From Candidatus Zixiibacteriota bacterium (GTDB lineage Bacteria > Zixibacteria > MSB-5A5 > JAABVY01), in the NCBI GenBank assembly GCA_011056555.1, contig DSEQ01000009.1, positions 16,281 to 80,280 on the forward strand: DNA of 64,000 bases. Reading direction: 5' to 3'. A model generated the notes under the pieces. That model searched no databases and was not told the DNA's origin. It saw only the letters and a list, made by a program, of their open reading frames with translations. The position numbers and the translations under genes are program-made. Shown here piece by piece: positions 12,173-22,390 of the stretch. How positions within the stretch are numbered: the first letter of the stretch is position 1; every line of letters starts with the position of its first letter.

Positions 12173-13897
12173 TTACTTCGCGCCTTTTTGCTGAATCCTT
12201 GCCCAGGTATCCCGCAGACCGACAGAACGGTTAAAAACCGGATGATCAGGAGTCGAATCCTCGGAATCCGCAACGAAGTATCCCTGTCGCAAAAATTGGT
12301 AGTATTCCCCCGATTTTGCATCTTTCAATCCCGGCTCGACCTTGCAGCCAGTCAGTATTTCCAGCGAGTCCGGATTGATATTCTTCAAAAAGTCGCCGCC
12401 TTCGGTTGGATCCTCTTTGTCGAATAGACGGTCGAACAATCTGACTTCGGCATCAACAGCATGTTCGGCAGAAACCCAGTGCAACGTGCCCTTCACTCTT
12501 CTTCCATCGGGAGTGCTTCCTCCCCGGGATTCCGGATCATAACTGCAGCGCAATTCCGTAATCTCCCCCGCATCGTTCTTAACAGCCTCATTGCAGGTAA
12601 TGAAGTAGGCATGTTTCAGGCGCACCTCGCGTCCCGGCGCCAGGCGGAAAAACTTCCTGGGCGGATCCTCCAGAAAATCATCCCGCTCTATATATATTTC
12701 ACGCGTGAATACAATAGTCCTGGTTCCGGCGGATTCATCCTCAGGATTATTGACAGCCTCGAACTCCTCTACCTTATCCTCGGGGTAATTCTCGATTACA
12801 ACTTTCAGCGGCCGAAGCACCGCCATCATTCGGACTGCGCGTTTATTCAGGTCCTCGCGCAGGGTATGCTCCAGAAGCGCAATGTCGACCACGCTCTCGC
12901 GCTTGGCCACTCCGATTCTCTCGCAGAATTCACGGATTGACTCGGGCGAGTAGCCCCGGCGCCTGAGACCGGAAATTGTGGGCATGCGCGGATCATCCCA
13001 GCCGCTCACATATTTCTCCTGCACCAGCTGCAGAAGCTTCCGTTTGCTCATAATCGTATAATTCAAGTTCAGACGCGCAAATTCTATCTGACGGGGATGA
13101 TGTACCTCCAGCTGATCCAAAAACCAGTCGTAGAGCGGGCGATGATCTTCGAATTCGAGTGTGCAGATCGAGTGGGTTATGCCCTCGATCGAGTCCGACT
13201 GGCCATGCGCCCAGTCATAGCTGGGATACACGCACCATTTATCTCCCGTACGATGATGCGCGGCATGCTTGATACGGTACATAACCGGATCACGAAGATT
13301 AATATTGCCGGATGCCATATCGATTTTTGCCCGAAGAACCTTGGAACCATCCGGAAAATCGCCATTCTTCATCTTCTCAAATAATTTCAGATTTTCTTCA
13401 ATCGAACGATCCCGGAAGGGACTATTTTTTCCCGGCTCTGTCAGGGTACCGCGATATTCCCTGATTTCCTCGGCATTCAGATCATCAACATACGCCTTGC
13501 CCTCTTTGATAAGCTTGATGGCCCACTCATAGAGCTGCTCGAAGTAGTCCGAGGCATAAAAAAGGCGGTCCTCCCACTTTGCCCCCAGCCATTCAACATC
13601 CTTTATGATCGACTCCACATAGGAGGATTCCTCTTTCAACGGATTTGTATCATCGAACCTGAGATTGAATTTGCCGTTATAATCTTGCGCCAGGCCATAG
13701 TTCAGGCAAATCGACTTGGCATGCCCGATATGCAGCCAGCCGTTGGGCTCGGGCGGAAAACGGGTATGTACGCGGCTGTTATTTTTGCCCTGCTCCAGGT
13801 CCCTGTCGATAATCTCCCTTATGAAATTCGACGGCTTTCCCGGCTTCTCGTTATCATTCTTATTTATCTTATTGTCTTCCATAATATTAATATCCAC
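12173..13897 (-). CDS. glnS: glutaminyl-tRNA synthetase (class I)
   Basis: Segments [18 protein letters not shown] (HIGH motif), NLRFDDTNP and VMSKR-type MSKR; the alignment to bacterial GlnRS is close throughout. Confidence 0.93.
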   Translation of the reverse strand: MDINIMEDNKINKNDNEKPGKPSNFIREIIDRDLEQGKNNSRVHTRFPPEPNGWLHIGHAKSICLNYGLAQDYNGKFNLRFDDTNPLKEESSYVESIIKDVEWLGAKWEDRLFYASDYFEQLYEWAIKLIKEGKAYVDDLNAEEIREYRGTLTEPGKNSPFRDRSIEENLKLFEKMKNGDFPDGSKVLRAKIDMASGNINLRDPVMYRIKHAAHHRTGDKWCVYPSYDWAHGQSDSIEGITHSICTLEFEDHRPLYDWFLDQLEVHHPRQIEFARLNLNYTIMSKRKLLQLVQEKYVSGWDDPRMPTISGLRRRGYSPESIREFCERIGVAKRESVVDIALLEHTLREDLNKRAVRMMAVLRPLKVVIENYPEDKVEEFEAVNNPEDESAGTRTIVFTREIYIERDDFLEDPPRKFFRLAPGREVRLKHAYFITCNEAVKNDAGEITELRCSYDPESRGGSTPDGRRVKGTLHWVSAEHAVDAEVRLFDRLFDKEDPTEGGDFLKNINPDSLEILTGCKVEPGLKDAKSGEYYQFLRQGYFVADSEDSTPDHPVFNRSVGLRDTWARIQQKGAK

Positions 13898-14100
13898 CTT
13901 TGAGCATTCTCATATCATACAATTCGAACAATCCGGAAAATAATTAATGTCTTTTTTCGTTCAAAACAAAAATCTCTCCAGTCTTCCAATTTTGGAAAGC
14001 CTAAATATATAAAAAATCGGCCGCTCCACAACATAAATCAGCAAATCTCAAATCGTGGGCAGGATGACAAAAATTCTCTCGAAAAGCCCACAAAAAGGGC

Positions 14101-14128
14101 TTGACAAAATCGGCATTTAATATATAAT
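14101..14128 (+). promoter_or_regulatory. sigma70-type promoter: -35 TTGACA (14101-14106), 16-nt spacer, -10 TATAAT (14123-14128)
   Basis: Consensus hexamers read directly, 33 nt upstream of the TrpR-like ORF. Confidence 0.6.
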
Positions 14129-14147
14129 GTTTCTATAAATAGAAACA
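14128..14147. promoter_or_regulatory. perfect inverted repeat TGTTTCTAT-aa-ATAGAAACA overlapping the -10/+1 region; likely operator
   Basis: Perfect 9-bp arms with a 2-nt spacer, read directly. It lies between the -10 hexamer and the regulator start codon. Confidence 0.5.
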
Positions 14148-14161
14148 CTTGTAGATGAGCT

Positions 14162-14473
14162 ATGCGATCAGTCAACAAAGTAATCAAAATATTCAGCGAA
14201 ATTAATGATCCGACAGTCATGCGGAAACTCTTCAGCGAGATTTTTACTCCTGCTGAGATTCAGGATGTCGCTCTTCGATGGCGTCTGATGGAGATGCTCG
14301 ACCAGGGTATCCCCCAGCGTAAAATCGCTTCGGATCTCGGTATCAGCCTGTGCAAGATAACGCGCGGCTCAAAAATTCTCAAAAAGCGAAATTCTGTATC
14401 GAAGAGACTCTTGAATCAAACAACAGGAGGAAGAAATGCAGGTAAGAAAACGAATCGAAAACCAGCCGGATAA
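14162..14473 (+). CDS. TrpR-like DNA-binding protein (YerC/YecD family)
   Basis: 103 aa resembling B. subtilis YerC (..[12 protein letters not shown].. helix-turn-helix) and the Trp-repressor fold. Its 3' end overlaps the trpB start by 38 nt. Confidence 0.7.
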   Translation: MRSVNKVIKIFSEINDPTVMRKLFSEIFTPAEIQDVALRWRLMEMLDQGIPQRKIASDLGISLCKITRGSKILKKRNSVSKRLLNQTTGGRNAGKKTNRKPAG

Positions 14474-15656
14474 TAAAGGTTATTTTGGAGAATACGGCGG
14501 ACGATATGTCCCCGAAATACTTATTGAAATTCTGGATGAAATCACCACAGCATATCTTAACTTAAAGGACCAGAAAGGTTTCAAGGAAGAGCTCTCCTAT
14601 TTATACCGGCATTATGTCGGACGCCCCAGTCCGGTTTTCTATGCTCAAAATCTCTCAGCCAGACTGGGCGGCGCCAAAATCTATCTAAAGCGCGAAGATT
14701 TAAACCATACCGGCGCCCACAAAATCAACCACTGCCTGGGCGAGGCGCTGATTGCCAAAAAGATGGGCAAGAAGAAGATAATCGCCGAAACCGGAGCGGG
14801 ACAACATGGCGTCGCATTGGCAACCGCCGCAGCAATTGTCGGGCTGGAATGCGAAATCTATATGGGCGAGGTGGATATGGCCAAGGAGGCGCCCAATGTC
14901 ACCCGTATGCGTATTCTTGGCACCAATGTCGTGCCGGTCGGATTCGGCCTGAAGACGCTTAAAGAAGCTGTTGATGCCGCCTTTGAGGCTTATATGAAGG
15001 ATCCGGTCGACCAGTTCTATGCCATCGGCTCAGTAGTGGGCCCGCATCCATTTCCAATGATGGTGCGCGATTTCCAGCAGGTTGTGGGCGAGGAGGCTAT
15101 GGTTCAGTTCATGGAGCTGACCGGCAGGCTGCCCGATAATCTGGTGGCATGCGTGGGCGGCGGATCAAACGCCATTGGACTTTTCTCGGCCTTCCTCGAC
15201 GAGGACCGGGTCGAGATGTATGGCGTTGAACCAGCAGGGCTTAGCTTCAAGAAAGGTGAACACGCCGCGACCCTGACCCTGGGTTCTCCGGGGATGATTC
15301 ATGGCTTTAAATGCTATCTTCTGCAGGATGACCAGGGGCGTCCACTCCCGGTCTATTCAATTGCTTCCGGCCTCGATTACCCCGGAGTCGGCCCCCAGCA
15401 CAGCTACCTGAAAGACATCGGGCGGGTGCAGTATAAAACCATTAATGATAAAGAGGCGCTGGATGCCTTCTTTACGCTTTCGAGGGAAGAGGGGATCATT
15501 CCGGCTCTTGAAAGCGCGCATGCCGTTGCTTATGCCATCAAGATGGCTCCCGATCTGGATCAGGATAAGACCATCCTCGTGAACCTCTCCGGAAGAGGGG
15601 ACAAGGATATAGAATATGTGGTTGAAAAATATGGCAAGAAATATGGGATAGCATGA
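14436..15656 (+). CDS. trpB: tryptophan synthase beta chain (standalone, no trpA adjacent)
   Basis: Segments [21 protein letters not shown] (PLP lysine) and GAGQHGVA. An AGGAGGA SD lies upstream. Confidence 0.9.
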   Translation: MQVRKRIENQPDNKGYFGEYGGRYVPEILIEILDEITTAYLNLKDQKGFKEELSYLYRHYVGRPSPVFYAQNLSARLGGAKIYLKREDLNHTGAHKINHCLGEALIAKKMGKKKIIAETGAGQHGVALATAAAIVGLECEIYMGEVDMAKEAPNVTRMRILGTNVVPVGFGLKTLKEAVDAAFEAYMKDPVDQFYAIGSVVGPHPFPMMVRDFQQVVGEEAMVQFMELTGRLPDNLVACVGGGSNAIGLFSAFLDEDRVEMYGVEPAGLSFKKGEHAATLTLGSPGMIHGFKCYLLQDDQGRPLPVYSIASGLDYPGVGPQHSYLKDIGRVQYKTINDKEALDAFFTLSREEGIIPALESAHAVAYAIKMAPDLDQDKTILVNLSGRGDKDIEYVVEKYGKKYGIA

Positions 15657-15689
15657 GGAATGTGAAGACTCAATACTTCTTTGATGCGA

Positions 15690-15721
15690 CCGGGCAGCGG
15701 TTTGATACGCTGTCCGGTTTT
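15690..15721 (+). terminator. rho-independent terminator after trpB
   Basis: Stem CCGGGCAGCG/CGCTGTCCGG (10 bp, one G-U), loop GTTTGATA, then TTTT. Confidence 0.6.
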
Positions 15722-15782
15722 AATTAGCGTGTGGATTGGGTCGGGGTTTCAATCTCTCTGTCTATAAATTCCGGCTTAAATT

Positions 15783-16730
15783 TTAGTCCGTGAACATCGA
15801 ACTGATGCTGTCGCGGTCATGGATGCGCTTTATGGCTTCCCCGAATAGAGGCGCCGCAGAGACAATCTCAATCTTGGGAGAAAATTCTTCCGGCTGATTT
15901 TCCACGGTGTCTGTAACAAGCAGCTTCTTGATAGGGCTGTCATCTATCTTGGCCATCGATCCCTCTCCAAAGACTCCATGAGTCACCATGGCATAAATCT
16001 CTGCCGCGCCCATCTCCTCCAGTTTGCGCGATACATCAACAAGCGTGCCGCCCGAAATCGTAAAATCGTCAACCACAATCGCAGTCTTACCTTCCACATC
16101 GCCGATAACTTCCAGAATCTCGGCCTTCTCATCATGTGCGGTGCGGCGTTTATCCCCGATGGCGACTGAGGCATCGAGCCGTGATGCATACCTGCGGGCC
16201 TGATTGGCAAAGCCGGTATCGGGAGAGACAACCACAATGTTCTTGAGCTTCAGTTCCATGATTCGGTCGCATAAAACAGGCAGGGCATAGAGATTATCCA
16301 CCGGAACACGGAAAAATCCCTGAATCTGCGGGGCATGAAGATCCATCGCCACAACGCGGTCTGCGCCGGCAGCCTCGATAGCATCGGCGCATACACGGGC
16401 GCGTATCGATACCCGCGGCTCATCTTTTTTGTCCCCCTTGGCATAGCTGAAATACGGCATTATTAGGGTCACAGAATCGGCGCTGGCACGGTTCAAGGCA
16501 TCGATCCAGAATAATAGTTCCATGAAGGCATCGTTGGAGGGAAAAACTGTGGACTGGACAAGGTACACACCACGGCCCCTCACATTTTCAAGTACCCTGA
16601 CAAAAGTATTGCCTTCAGAGAACTTGAATACCTCGCCCCGGGCAGGCTTGACCATCAGATAATCACATATTTTTTCGGTCAATTTGATACTGGCCGAGCC
16701 GGAAAATATCATCAAATCATCTTTATCCAT
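15783..16730 (-). CDS. prs: ribose-phosphate pyrophosphokinase
   Basis: 315 aa with PRPP-binding motif VDDFTISGGT and the classic Prs N-terminus. Confidence 0.9.
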   Translation of the reverse strand: MDKDDLMIFSGSASIKLTEKICDYLMVKPARGEVFKFSEGNTFVRVLENVRGRGVYLVQSTVFPSNDAFMELLFWIDALNRASADSVTLIMPYFSYAKGDKKDEPRVSIRARVCADAIEAAGADRVVAMDLHAPQIQGFFRVPVDNLYALPVLCDRIMELKLKNIVVVSPDTGFANQARRYASRLDASVAIGDKRRTAHDEKAEILEVIGDVEGKTAIVVDDFTISGGTLVDVSRKLEEMGAAEIYAMVTHGVFGEGSMAKIDDSPIKKLLVTDTVENQPEEFSPKIEIVSAAPLFGEAIKRIHDRDSISSMFTD

Positions 16731-16748
16731 AAATATTCTCCCCGCTTG

Positions 16749-17288
16749 TTATTTTCCAAATTCTATTTTGAAGACCCTTTCAGCTTCATGGTCTATCTCA
16801 TTACCAATCAATGAAATGGAATTTATGTTGAAATGCCATCTAAAATCACGAAACGCCAGCAGCTGCATGGCGCAGTTCAGGTTATCCCTGTCAACATCCG
16901 GGTAGGCGAGAGATATGTGCGGTATCCAGTGTGCAGACTCGAAATCCTCCACCATGTTCTTTGCGGCCGGCTGGATCGCATTCCAAATCCTTTCGTGCAG
17001 GCTGTTTATCTCACCTGTCCTGACCACAGGAATCTGGATAATTGGATTCTCGCCGGTAAACACGGCAATTCCGCCGGTGCGCACGCGAAACGGTGACGTG
17101 CCGGATGCCAGTTCTTCTATGATTTGAGCAGATTTATTGATATCATACTGCTCGGCAACATGCCATGAAAAATGCGGTATGGGGGCTGCTTTGATGCCGC
17201 TGAGACCGCACTCCCTCTCCAGTTCATCCCAGATATCCTCAACAATCTGGTAATATGGATCCGGCAGTTCTGATACTATGCCATACAT
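16749..17288 (-). CDS. 2H phosphoesterase superfamily protein (LigT/ThpR-like 2'-5' RNA ligase / cyclic phosphodiesterase)
   Basis: Two HxS/Tx motifs (PHFSWH and PHISLAY) in a ~180-aa protein. Confidence 0.65.
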   Translation of the reverse strand: MYGIVSELPDPYYQIVEDIWDELERECGLSGIKAAPIPHFSWHVAEQYDINKSAQIIEELASGTSPFRVRTGGIAVFTGENPIIQIPVVRTGEINSLHERIWNAIQPAAKNMVEDFESAHWIPHISLAYPDVDRDNLNCAMQLLAFRDFRWHFNINSISLIGNEIDHEAERVFKIEFGK

Positions 17289-17391
17289 AATTCTTAATTA
17301 TAATCCTCATGAAATTAGATCTTTTGATCAATCAGAAAAAAAGTGCGGTAAAGTTTGCGGAAAGTCAACAATATTAAGCGGATTAGGGTTT

Positions 17392-17613
17392 CTATTTTAG
17401 TTTTGCGGCATAAACATGATACATCACAAAACGGATCAAGGCAAAAACCGGGACCATGATTAAAAGGAAATATGGAATCTGGTTTTGAATCAATTTCCAG
17501 ACAATCATGCCCAGCCAGACCAGTCCCACAATCATCAAGGTCGCCCGGTTGGCCAACAGCCAGCAGATACGCTGCCGTTCATCCATACTAAGAATATCCA
17601 TCTCCGATCTCAT
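17392..17613 (-). CDS. small membrane protein (2 TM), partner of the XRE regulator
   Basis: 73 aa with two hydrophobic helices. It is directly adjacent to the upstream HTH gene. Confidence 0.5.
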   Translation of the reverse strand: MRSEMDILSMDERQRICWLLANRATLMIVGLVWLGMIVWKLIQNQIPYFLLIMVPVFALIRFVMYHVYAAKLK

Positions 17614-17826
17614 CTATTCAAACTCCTCGTTAAGTTGAAATAAATCATCCACTTTCATACCAAGAACTTTGGCGATTCTGAATGCCAGCACTGCGGAGGG
17701 GGCATATTTTCCCTTCTCAATCGAGATTATTGTCTGTCTCCTGACTCCAACCATTTGAGCCAGTTCCTCCTGCGTCAGGTTCAGACGCGCTCGATGCTGC
17801 TTGATATGATTCTTTAATCCAATCAT
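17614..17826 (-). CDS. XRE-family (Cro/CI-type) helix-turn-helix transcriptional regulator
   Basis: 70 aa; LTQEELAQMVGVRRQTIISIEKGKYAPS is a textbook HTH_XRE sequence. Confidence 0.85.
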   Translation of the reverse strand: MIGLKNHIKQHRARLNLTQEELAQMVGVRRQTIISIEKGKYAPSAVLAFRIAKVLGMKVDDLFQLNEEFE

Positions 17827-17838
17827 AATTGTAATTAA

Positions 17839-17874
17839 TACATTACATAATGTAATGTATAGCTTACATTACGT
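17839..17874. promoter_or_regulatory. operator: palindrome TACATTACAT-a-ATGTAATGTA (17839-17859) plus a third half-site TACATTACG (17866-17874), 13 bp upstream of the XRE start
   Basis: 10-bp arms, perfect except for the central base, read directly. The site overlaps the putative TTGACG/-10 region on the minus strand. Confidence 0.5.
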
Positions 17875-17959
17875 CAAGCAATTTTTACTTTTTTTTAAAA
17901 TATAAAGATTTTGTGTCTATTCTTTAGTTGTTGTCGGTCTTTTGACAGATGCAGCCCGA

Positions 17960-18445
17960 TCAGGCCCGCTCGTAAGCTTCCCTCAAAGTGCTCATTTCAA
18001 TCTTATTCATTTTAAGCAATGCCTCTGTTACCCTGTTCGATTTGGCAGCATCACCATCATCCAGCATATCATTCAAGCCAACCGGTACAACCTGCCAGGA
18101 GACCCCATATTTGTCTCTTAGCCAGCCGCACCGTTCTTCTTTTCCACCCTGGGAGAGTTTTCCCCACAATCCGTCAACTTCCTGCTGGGGTTTGCATTTT
18201 ATGAGAAATGATATAGCCGGAGAGAATGAGAAGTGCGGCCCGCCGTTCAAAGCAATGAATTCCTGTCCCTCGAGCGTGAATTCGATCGACATTACCGATC
18301 CCTCAGGTCTCCCCGAGGCCCCGGCAGACGATTTGTTGTAGTAGATAGTTTTTTCTATTTTGGAGTTCGCAAAAATAGAAGTGTAAAACTTCACCGCCTC
18401 TTCGGCATTATCATCAAACCACAAGAATGGAGTTATTTTCTGCAT
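17960..18445 (-). CDS. VOC-family protein (PhnB-like / glyoxalase-bleomycin resistance fold)
   Basis: The N-terminus MQKITPFLWFDDNAEEAVKFY is typical of PhnB-like VOC proteins. Confidence 0.65.
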   Translation of the reverse strand: MQKITPFLWFDDNAEEAVKFYTSIFANSKIEKTIYYNKSSAGASGRPEGSVMSIEFTLEGQEFIALNGGPHFSFSPAISFLIKCKPQQEVDGLWGKLSQGGKEERCGWLRDKYGVSWQVVPVGLNDMLDDGDAAKSNRVTEALLKMNKIEMSTLREAYERA

Positions 18446-18458
18446 ATATTCCCGGCTC

Positions 18459-18974
18459 TCATTTTTCTGTCAAATTATTTTCCAGATACTCTTGAAGGCA
18501 GTCGAGGCTCGAATTCCAGCCTTCCATGACGCCCATGTCCTGGTGTTTCTTTTTATCTTCAGCCGTGCGATGCATGATTCGCACAGTCAACTCTGTCTTA
18601 CCTCTCAGGTCTTCAAAAAGCGTGGTTACTATAATACCATGCGGCAGATCTAAAGAGGCCGAGTTTTCAAAATCTTCCCCGAACTCATCGGTTGAGGTTA
18701 TCCTATCGGGTTTCACAATTTCTTTGAAGACTCCTTCAGATGGATACCTCTTGCCATCCTGACCGATCATCACATAACGCCATTTGCCGCCCTCTTTCAG
18801 ATCAAGCTCTTCCACCTCTGTCGAAAAGCCTTCAGGTCCCCACCACTCCTCAATATGCTCGGGATCAGTCCATGCTTTCCAGACCAGAGCACGCGGGGCA
18901 TCGAGTTCACGCGAAATGACAATCTCATGCGTGCCAGTGTTTGCCGCTCTATTATTCTTAATTTGTTTTTCCAT
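18459..18974 (-). CDS. SRPBCC-superfamily protein (AHSA1/activator of Hsp90 ATPase homolog-like)
   Basis: 171 aa with the AHSA1-like N-terminal signature VWKAWTDPEHIEEWWGPEGF. Confidence 0.65.
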   Translation of the reverse strand: MEKQIKNNRAANTGTHEIVISRELDAPRALVWKAWTDPEHIEEWWGPEGFSTEVEELDLKEGGKWRYVMIGQDGKRYPSEGVFKEIVKPDRITSTDEFGEDFENSASLDLPHGIIVTTLFEDLRGKTELTVRIMHRTAEDKKKHQDMGVMEGWNSSLDCLQEYLENNLTEK

Positions 18975-19014
18975 AATTATCCTCGCTTTCTATATAATCT
19001 TCTGACGATCACGG

Positions 19015-19464
19015 TCAGTTTCTTGATTCTGATATTTCTTTTACTTTATCGAGGGCCTTCTCCCACAAGGTCTTAAACTGGTCCAGGTATTCCTCGCCGA
19101 TATCCTGCTCAATAGAAAGCCGCGACTGGCCGTTAGTCTCGCTGATTCGATATGTTTCTGTGAAACCTATCCAGTTCTGAGCTTCTTCGTCTTCAAAGTC
19201 CTCCTTACCATCTTTGAGGATTCCCTGATGTTCGAAGGAAATGACCTCGGCCGGCCTGTGAACTGTTATCTTGCTGACCATACCATCACCCTCAGGAGTT
19301 TTGAACAGCGCTTTTCCGCCCTCCTTCCAATCCGATTCAGCATATGAACCCGGATGAAAGACGGAGGTCCATTCTCTGAAGGTCTCGTCCTGCAGAAGAA
19401 CATCCCAGACTCTTTCCTTGGGAGAATTTATATCGACAGACAATTTAAGGATCTGCTTTTTCAT
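19015..19464 (-). CDS. SRPBCC-superfamily protein (AHSA1-like), paralog of the upstream gene
   Basis: 149 aa with RVWDVLLQDETFREWTSVF and the same fold family as 18459-18974. Confidence 0.6.
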   Translation of the reverse strand: MKKQILKLSVDINSPKERVWDVLLQDETFREWTSVFHPGSYAESDWKEGGKALFKTPEGDGMVSKITVHRPAEVISFEHQGILKDGKEDFEDEEAQNWIGFTETYRISETNGQSRLSIEQDIGEEYLDQFKTLWEKALDKVKEISESRN

Positions 19465-19647
19465 ATTTAACTCCTTTATTAATTATTCAAGAATAGGTAA
19501 TCACTTTCGGTACTGTCTCTATAACAGAAATGAGCGCTGTGCAGTTTTGGAAAAAATTGCGATTTAAAATAAATATAAATCCTGAGGCTTAATAAAGATT
19601 ACTTTGTAATGCAATCTTTATCAACAGGAGGGGTAATGAACGGAGCA

Positions 19648-20862
19648 TTAAGGTACCACTATGCGCGGGATTTCCTCGGGCAGGCGGACCAGAATTTCGT
19701 AATTCAGGAATTGAGCCAGATCGCTGAATGATCCGACTGTAATCTGCTGTTTTTTCTGGGATCCGATAATAACGACATCGTCGCCAATATTGACTTCCGG
19801 AAAATCGGTAACGTCGATCATCATCATATTCATATTGACAATACCCACCACCTGGGCACGCCGCCCGCGCACCAGAACATAGCCGCGGTTGCTCAACTGG
19901 CGTGCGAAACCGTGAAAATATCCGATCGGAACAGAGGCGATTTTCTGATTTCTGGCGGTCATATATGATGTCCCGTATCCGATAAATTCTCCCTTACCGA
20001 CCTCTTTGATATTCATGATTCGGCTTTTCCAGGTCATCACGCGCTTTAATGGATCGAGCTGCTTCTTGCTGCGGGGAGTGCCATTATGCATGAAGTAATG
20101 CATCTGTGTCTCTTTATTGGGCCAGAAACCATACTGTGCGATTCCAAACCGCACGAGGTCCATACGTGTGTCCGGATATCGCAGGGCGGCCGCGGAACAG
20201 GCGGTATGCCAGAGCTTTATTTTCAGGCCCTTTCTTGCCAGATCAAGCGCGGTTTCCTTGAATTTGTGTATCTGTTCCTGAACTCTCACATAATTACTGA
20301 TACTTTCGGCGCCGGCATAATGGGTGCAGATACCCTCGACCTTCAGATATTCGGCATTGGCTTTGATAATTCTGACGGCCCGATTGAGATCTCTTCCTGC
20401 CAACCCGGTACGGTACATACCGGTTTCGAGCTCGAGATGAATGAGGGCCGGCCGGCCGATCTTCCTGGCTGCTGTTAATGTCTTTTCCAGCCATTCCACC
20501 GTGAAAATATAGAATGACACCTCATTTTCAATCGCCCATTCAAGGGCGCTGGCACACAAATCGCCCATAATCATTATATGACTGTCCTCAGTCAGACTCT
20601 GATGTGCGATCAGGGCCTCATAGGCGCTGAAGACCGAGAAGTGCCGCACCCCGCATTGCTCAGCAAGCGGGACAAAGGTGCGGATATTATGCCCGTAGGC
20701 GTTCCCCTTGATTACCGATGAAAAAATGGTGCGGGGGCCGATTATTTTCTGAAGAAACTTGATATTTTTCTTCAGCGCCGATTGGCTCAGCTCGATGCGC
20801 GAGGTATGAAAGGAAATCTCGCGCCGCTTCTTTTCCGATATGGTCGATGAAATATAAGTCAT
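19648..20862 (-). CDS. alr: alanine racemase
   Basis: 404 aa with a PLP-lysine motif VIKGNAYGH. The start overlaps the upstream M20 stop by 4 nt. Confidence 0.85.
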   Translation of the reverse strand: MTYISSTISEKKRREISFHTSRIELSQSALKKNIKFLQKIIGPRTIFSSVIKGNAYGHNIRTFVPLAEQCGVRHFSVFSAYEALIAHQSLTEDSHIMIMGDLCASALEWAIENEVSFYIFTVEWLEKTLTAARKIGRPALIHLELETGMYRTGLAGRDLNRAVRIIKANAEYLKVEGICTHYAGAESISNYVRVQEQIHKFKETALDLARKGLKIKLWHTACSAAALRYPDTRMDLVRFGIAQYGFWPNKETQMHYFMHNGTPRSKKQLDPLKRVMTWKSRIMNIKEVGKGEFIGYGTSYMTARNQKIASVPIGYFHGFARQLSNRGYVLVRGRRAQVVGIVNMNMMMIDVTDFPEVNIGDDVVIIGSQKKQQITVGSFSDLAQFLNYEILVRLPEEIPRIVVP

Positions 20863-22001
20863 TTACTCAACAACCTCTTGATGATCATCTCAAATAATTG
20901 TACGCCGGTCAGAATCAAATCATCAGGAAAATCATACGTGGGATGGTGCAATGCCGGTTGATTTTCTCCGGCTCCAAGTCCGAAAAGCGCACCCTTATAT
21001 CTATCTGTAAAATTGCCGAAATCCTCGGACCATGGAAATGGTATGGGCTGTTCGAATTTATCTAAGCCAAGATCATCAGCGATTTCCACGATCAACCTGA
21101 CCATTTCATCGTCATTGACTGTCGAGGGGAAGATTTCATCCCACTGGATTTTTGTCTCCAGATTCCAGCTATTGCAGAGACCCTTGACCATGTCCTCACA
21201 TTTTGCTGAAATTCTCTCCATCACCTCGTCTGAATGCGACCTGAGAGTGGCCATCACATTTCCATATCCCGGCGATGTACCGAAGGCGCGTTCACCCACA
21301 CGGGCATGTATAACCGTTACTTGCGCCGCTTCATGCAGCGCTGAATGAAACTGCGAGATAGCGCTGAAACCATTGATAAGCTGGGCGACGGCCATGGTTG
21401 GACTTTTGCCCTTCTGCGGTTCGGCGGCATGAGAGGTCTCACCCATAAGCTCGACGATCAGACCTTTTGAGGCCGAGGCAAAGACTCCTTCTCGATAGAC
21501 CACCTGTCCCACGGGAAATCCGGGAAGGTTATGTAAGGCGAATACATAATCGGGAGTGATCCGTGAGAACTTGTCGTCATCCAAAACCCACTGAGCGCCC
21601 TTGCCCACCTCCTCGCCCGGCTGATACAAAAGCACGACCCGGCCCTGAGCGGGACGATTGGCATGAAGTCCCTGCGCCAGGCCGGATACGATTGTCATAT
21701 GACCGTCATGCCCGCATTTATGGGAAACTCCATCGCTCTGGGAGGCATGCCCGAGTTCGATTGACTCCGGAATCGGCAAGGCATCCAGATCGCAGCGGAT
21801 CAAAAGCGTGGGACCGTCGGACTCTCCATCATATATGGCTGCAAGGCCATAACCGCCGATACCCTCAACGAATTCATCGGGCTGATATTTGCGCAGGTAC
21901 TCCTCGATCAGGGCCGACGTTTTTTCTTCCTTGCCGGAAAGTTCTGCATTGCGATGCAATGTTTTCCGCAGTTCCAGCAATTCATCCAGTTTTATTTCCA
22001 T
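20859..22001 (-). CDS. M20D-family amidohydrolase (N-acyl-amino-acid amidohydrolase / hippurate hydrolase-like)
   Basis: 380 aa with metal-binding segments KCGHDGHM and LLYQPGEE, characteristic of M20D. Confidence 0.8.
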   Translation of the reverse strand: MEIKLDELLELRKTLHRNAELSGKEEKTSALIEEYLRKYQPDEFVEGIGGYGLAAIYDGESDGPTLLIRCDLDALPIPESIELGHASQSDGVSHKCGHDGHMTIVSGLAQGLHANRPAQGRVVLLYQPGEEVGKGAQWVLDDDKFSRITPDYVFALHNLPGFPVGQVVYREGVFASASKGLIVELMGETSHAAEPQKGKSPTMAVAQLINGFSAISQFHSALHEAAQVTVIHARVGERAFGTSPGYGNVMATLRSHSDEVMERISAKCEDMVKGLCNSWNLETKIQWDEIFPSTVNDDEMVRLIVEIADDLGLDKFEQPIPFPWSEDFGNFTDRYKGALFGLGAGENQPALHHPTYDFPDDLILTGVQLFEMIIKRLLSK

Positions 22002-22390
22002 CTGCTCTCCTGCAGCGCTTCTGATTTCGAAATAACATATATATTATAGTATCGCACTATATTACAGTTCTTCGATATGTAATTGCGAAAATATGTTAAT
22101 TTCTACAAATGGCAAGCTCTTTACTGATTGCTGACTTTTTTGGATCACTGATTGATTTTTCAATCAATTCTTATTATATTTGATATATGTTACGAAAACC
22201 GGTATGACGAAATAATTATCTGGATACAAAAAAAGGGCTGTTTGGGCAATTAGGCCGTTTTTCCTCATGATCCTGCATCAGCCATCTGGCAATTGTTCAT
22301 ACTAATTGAATTATCGTTGTACAATTTATGCAGGGCAGCGGCTTTCTTCCGGATAATCAACCCTGTGTATCCATCAAAAAGGAGTATAAA

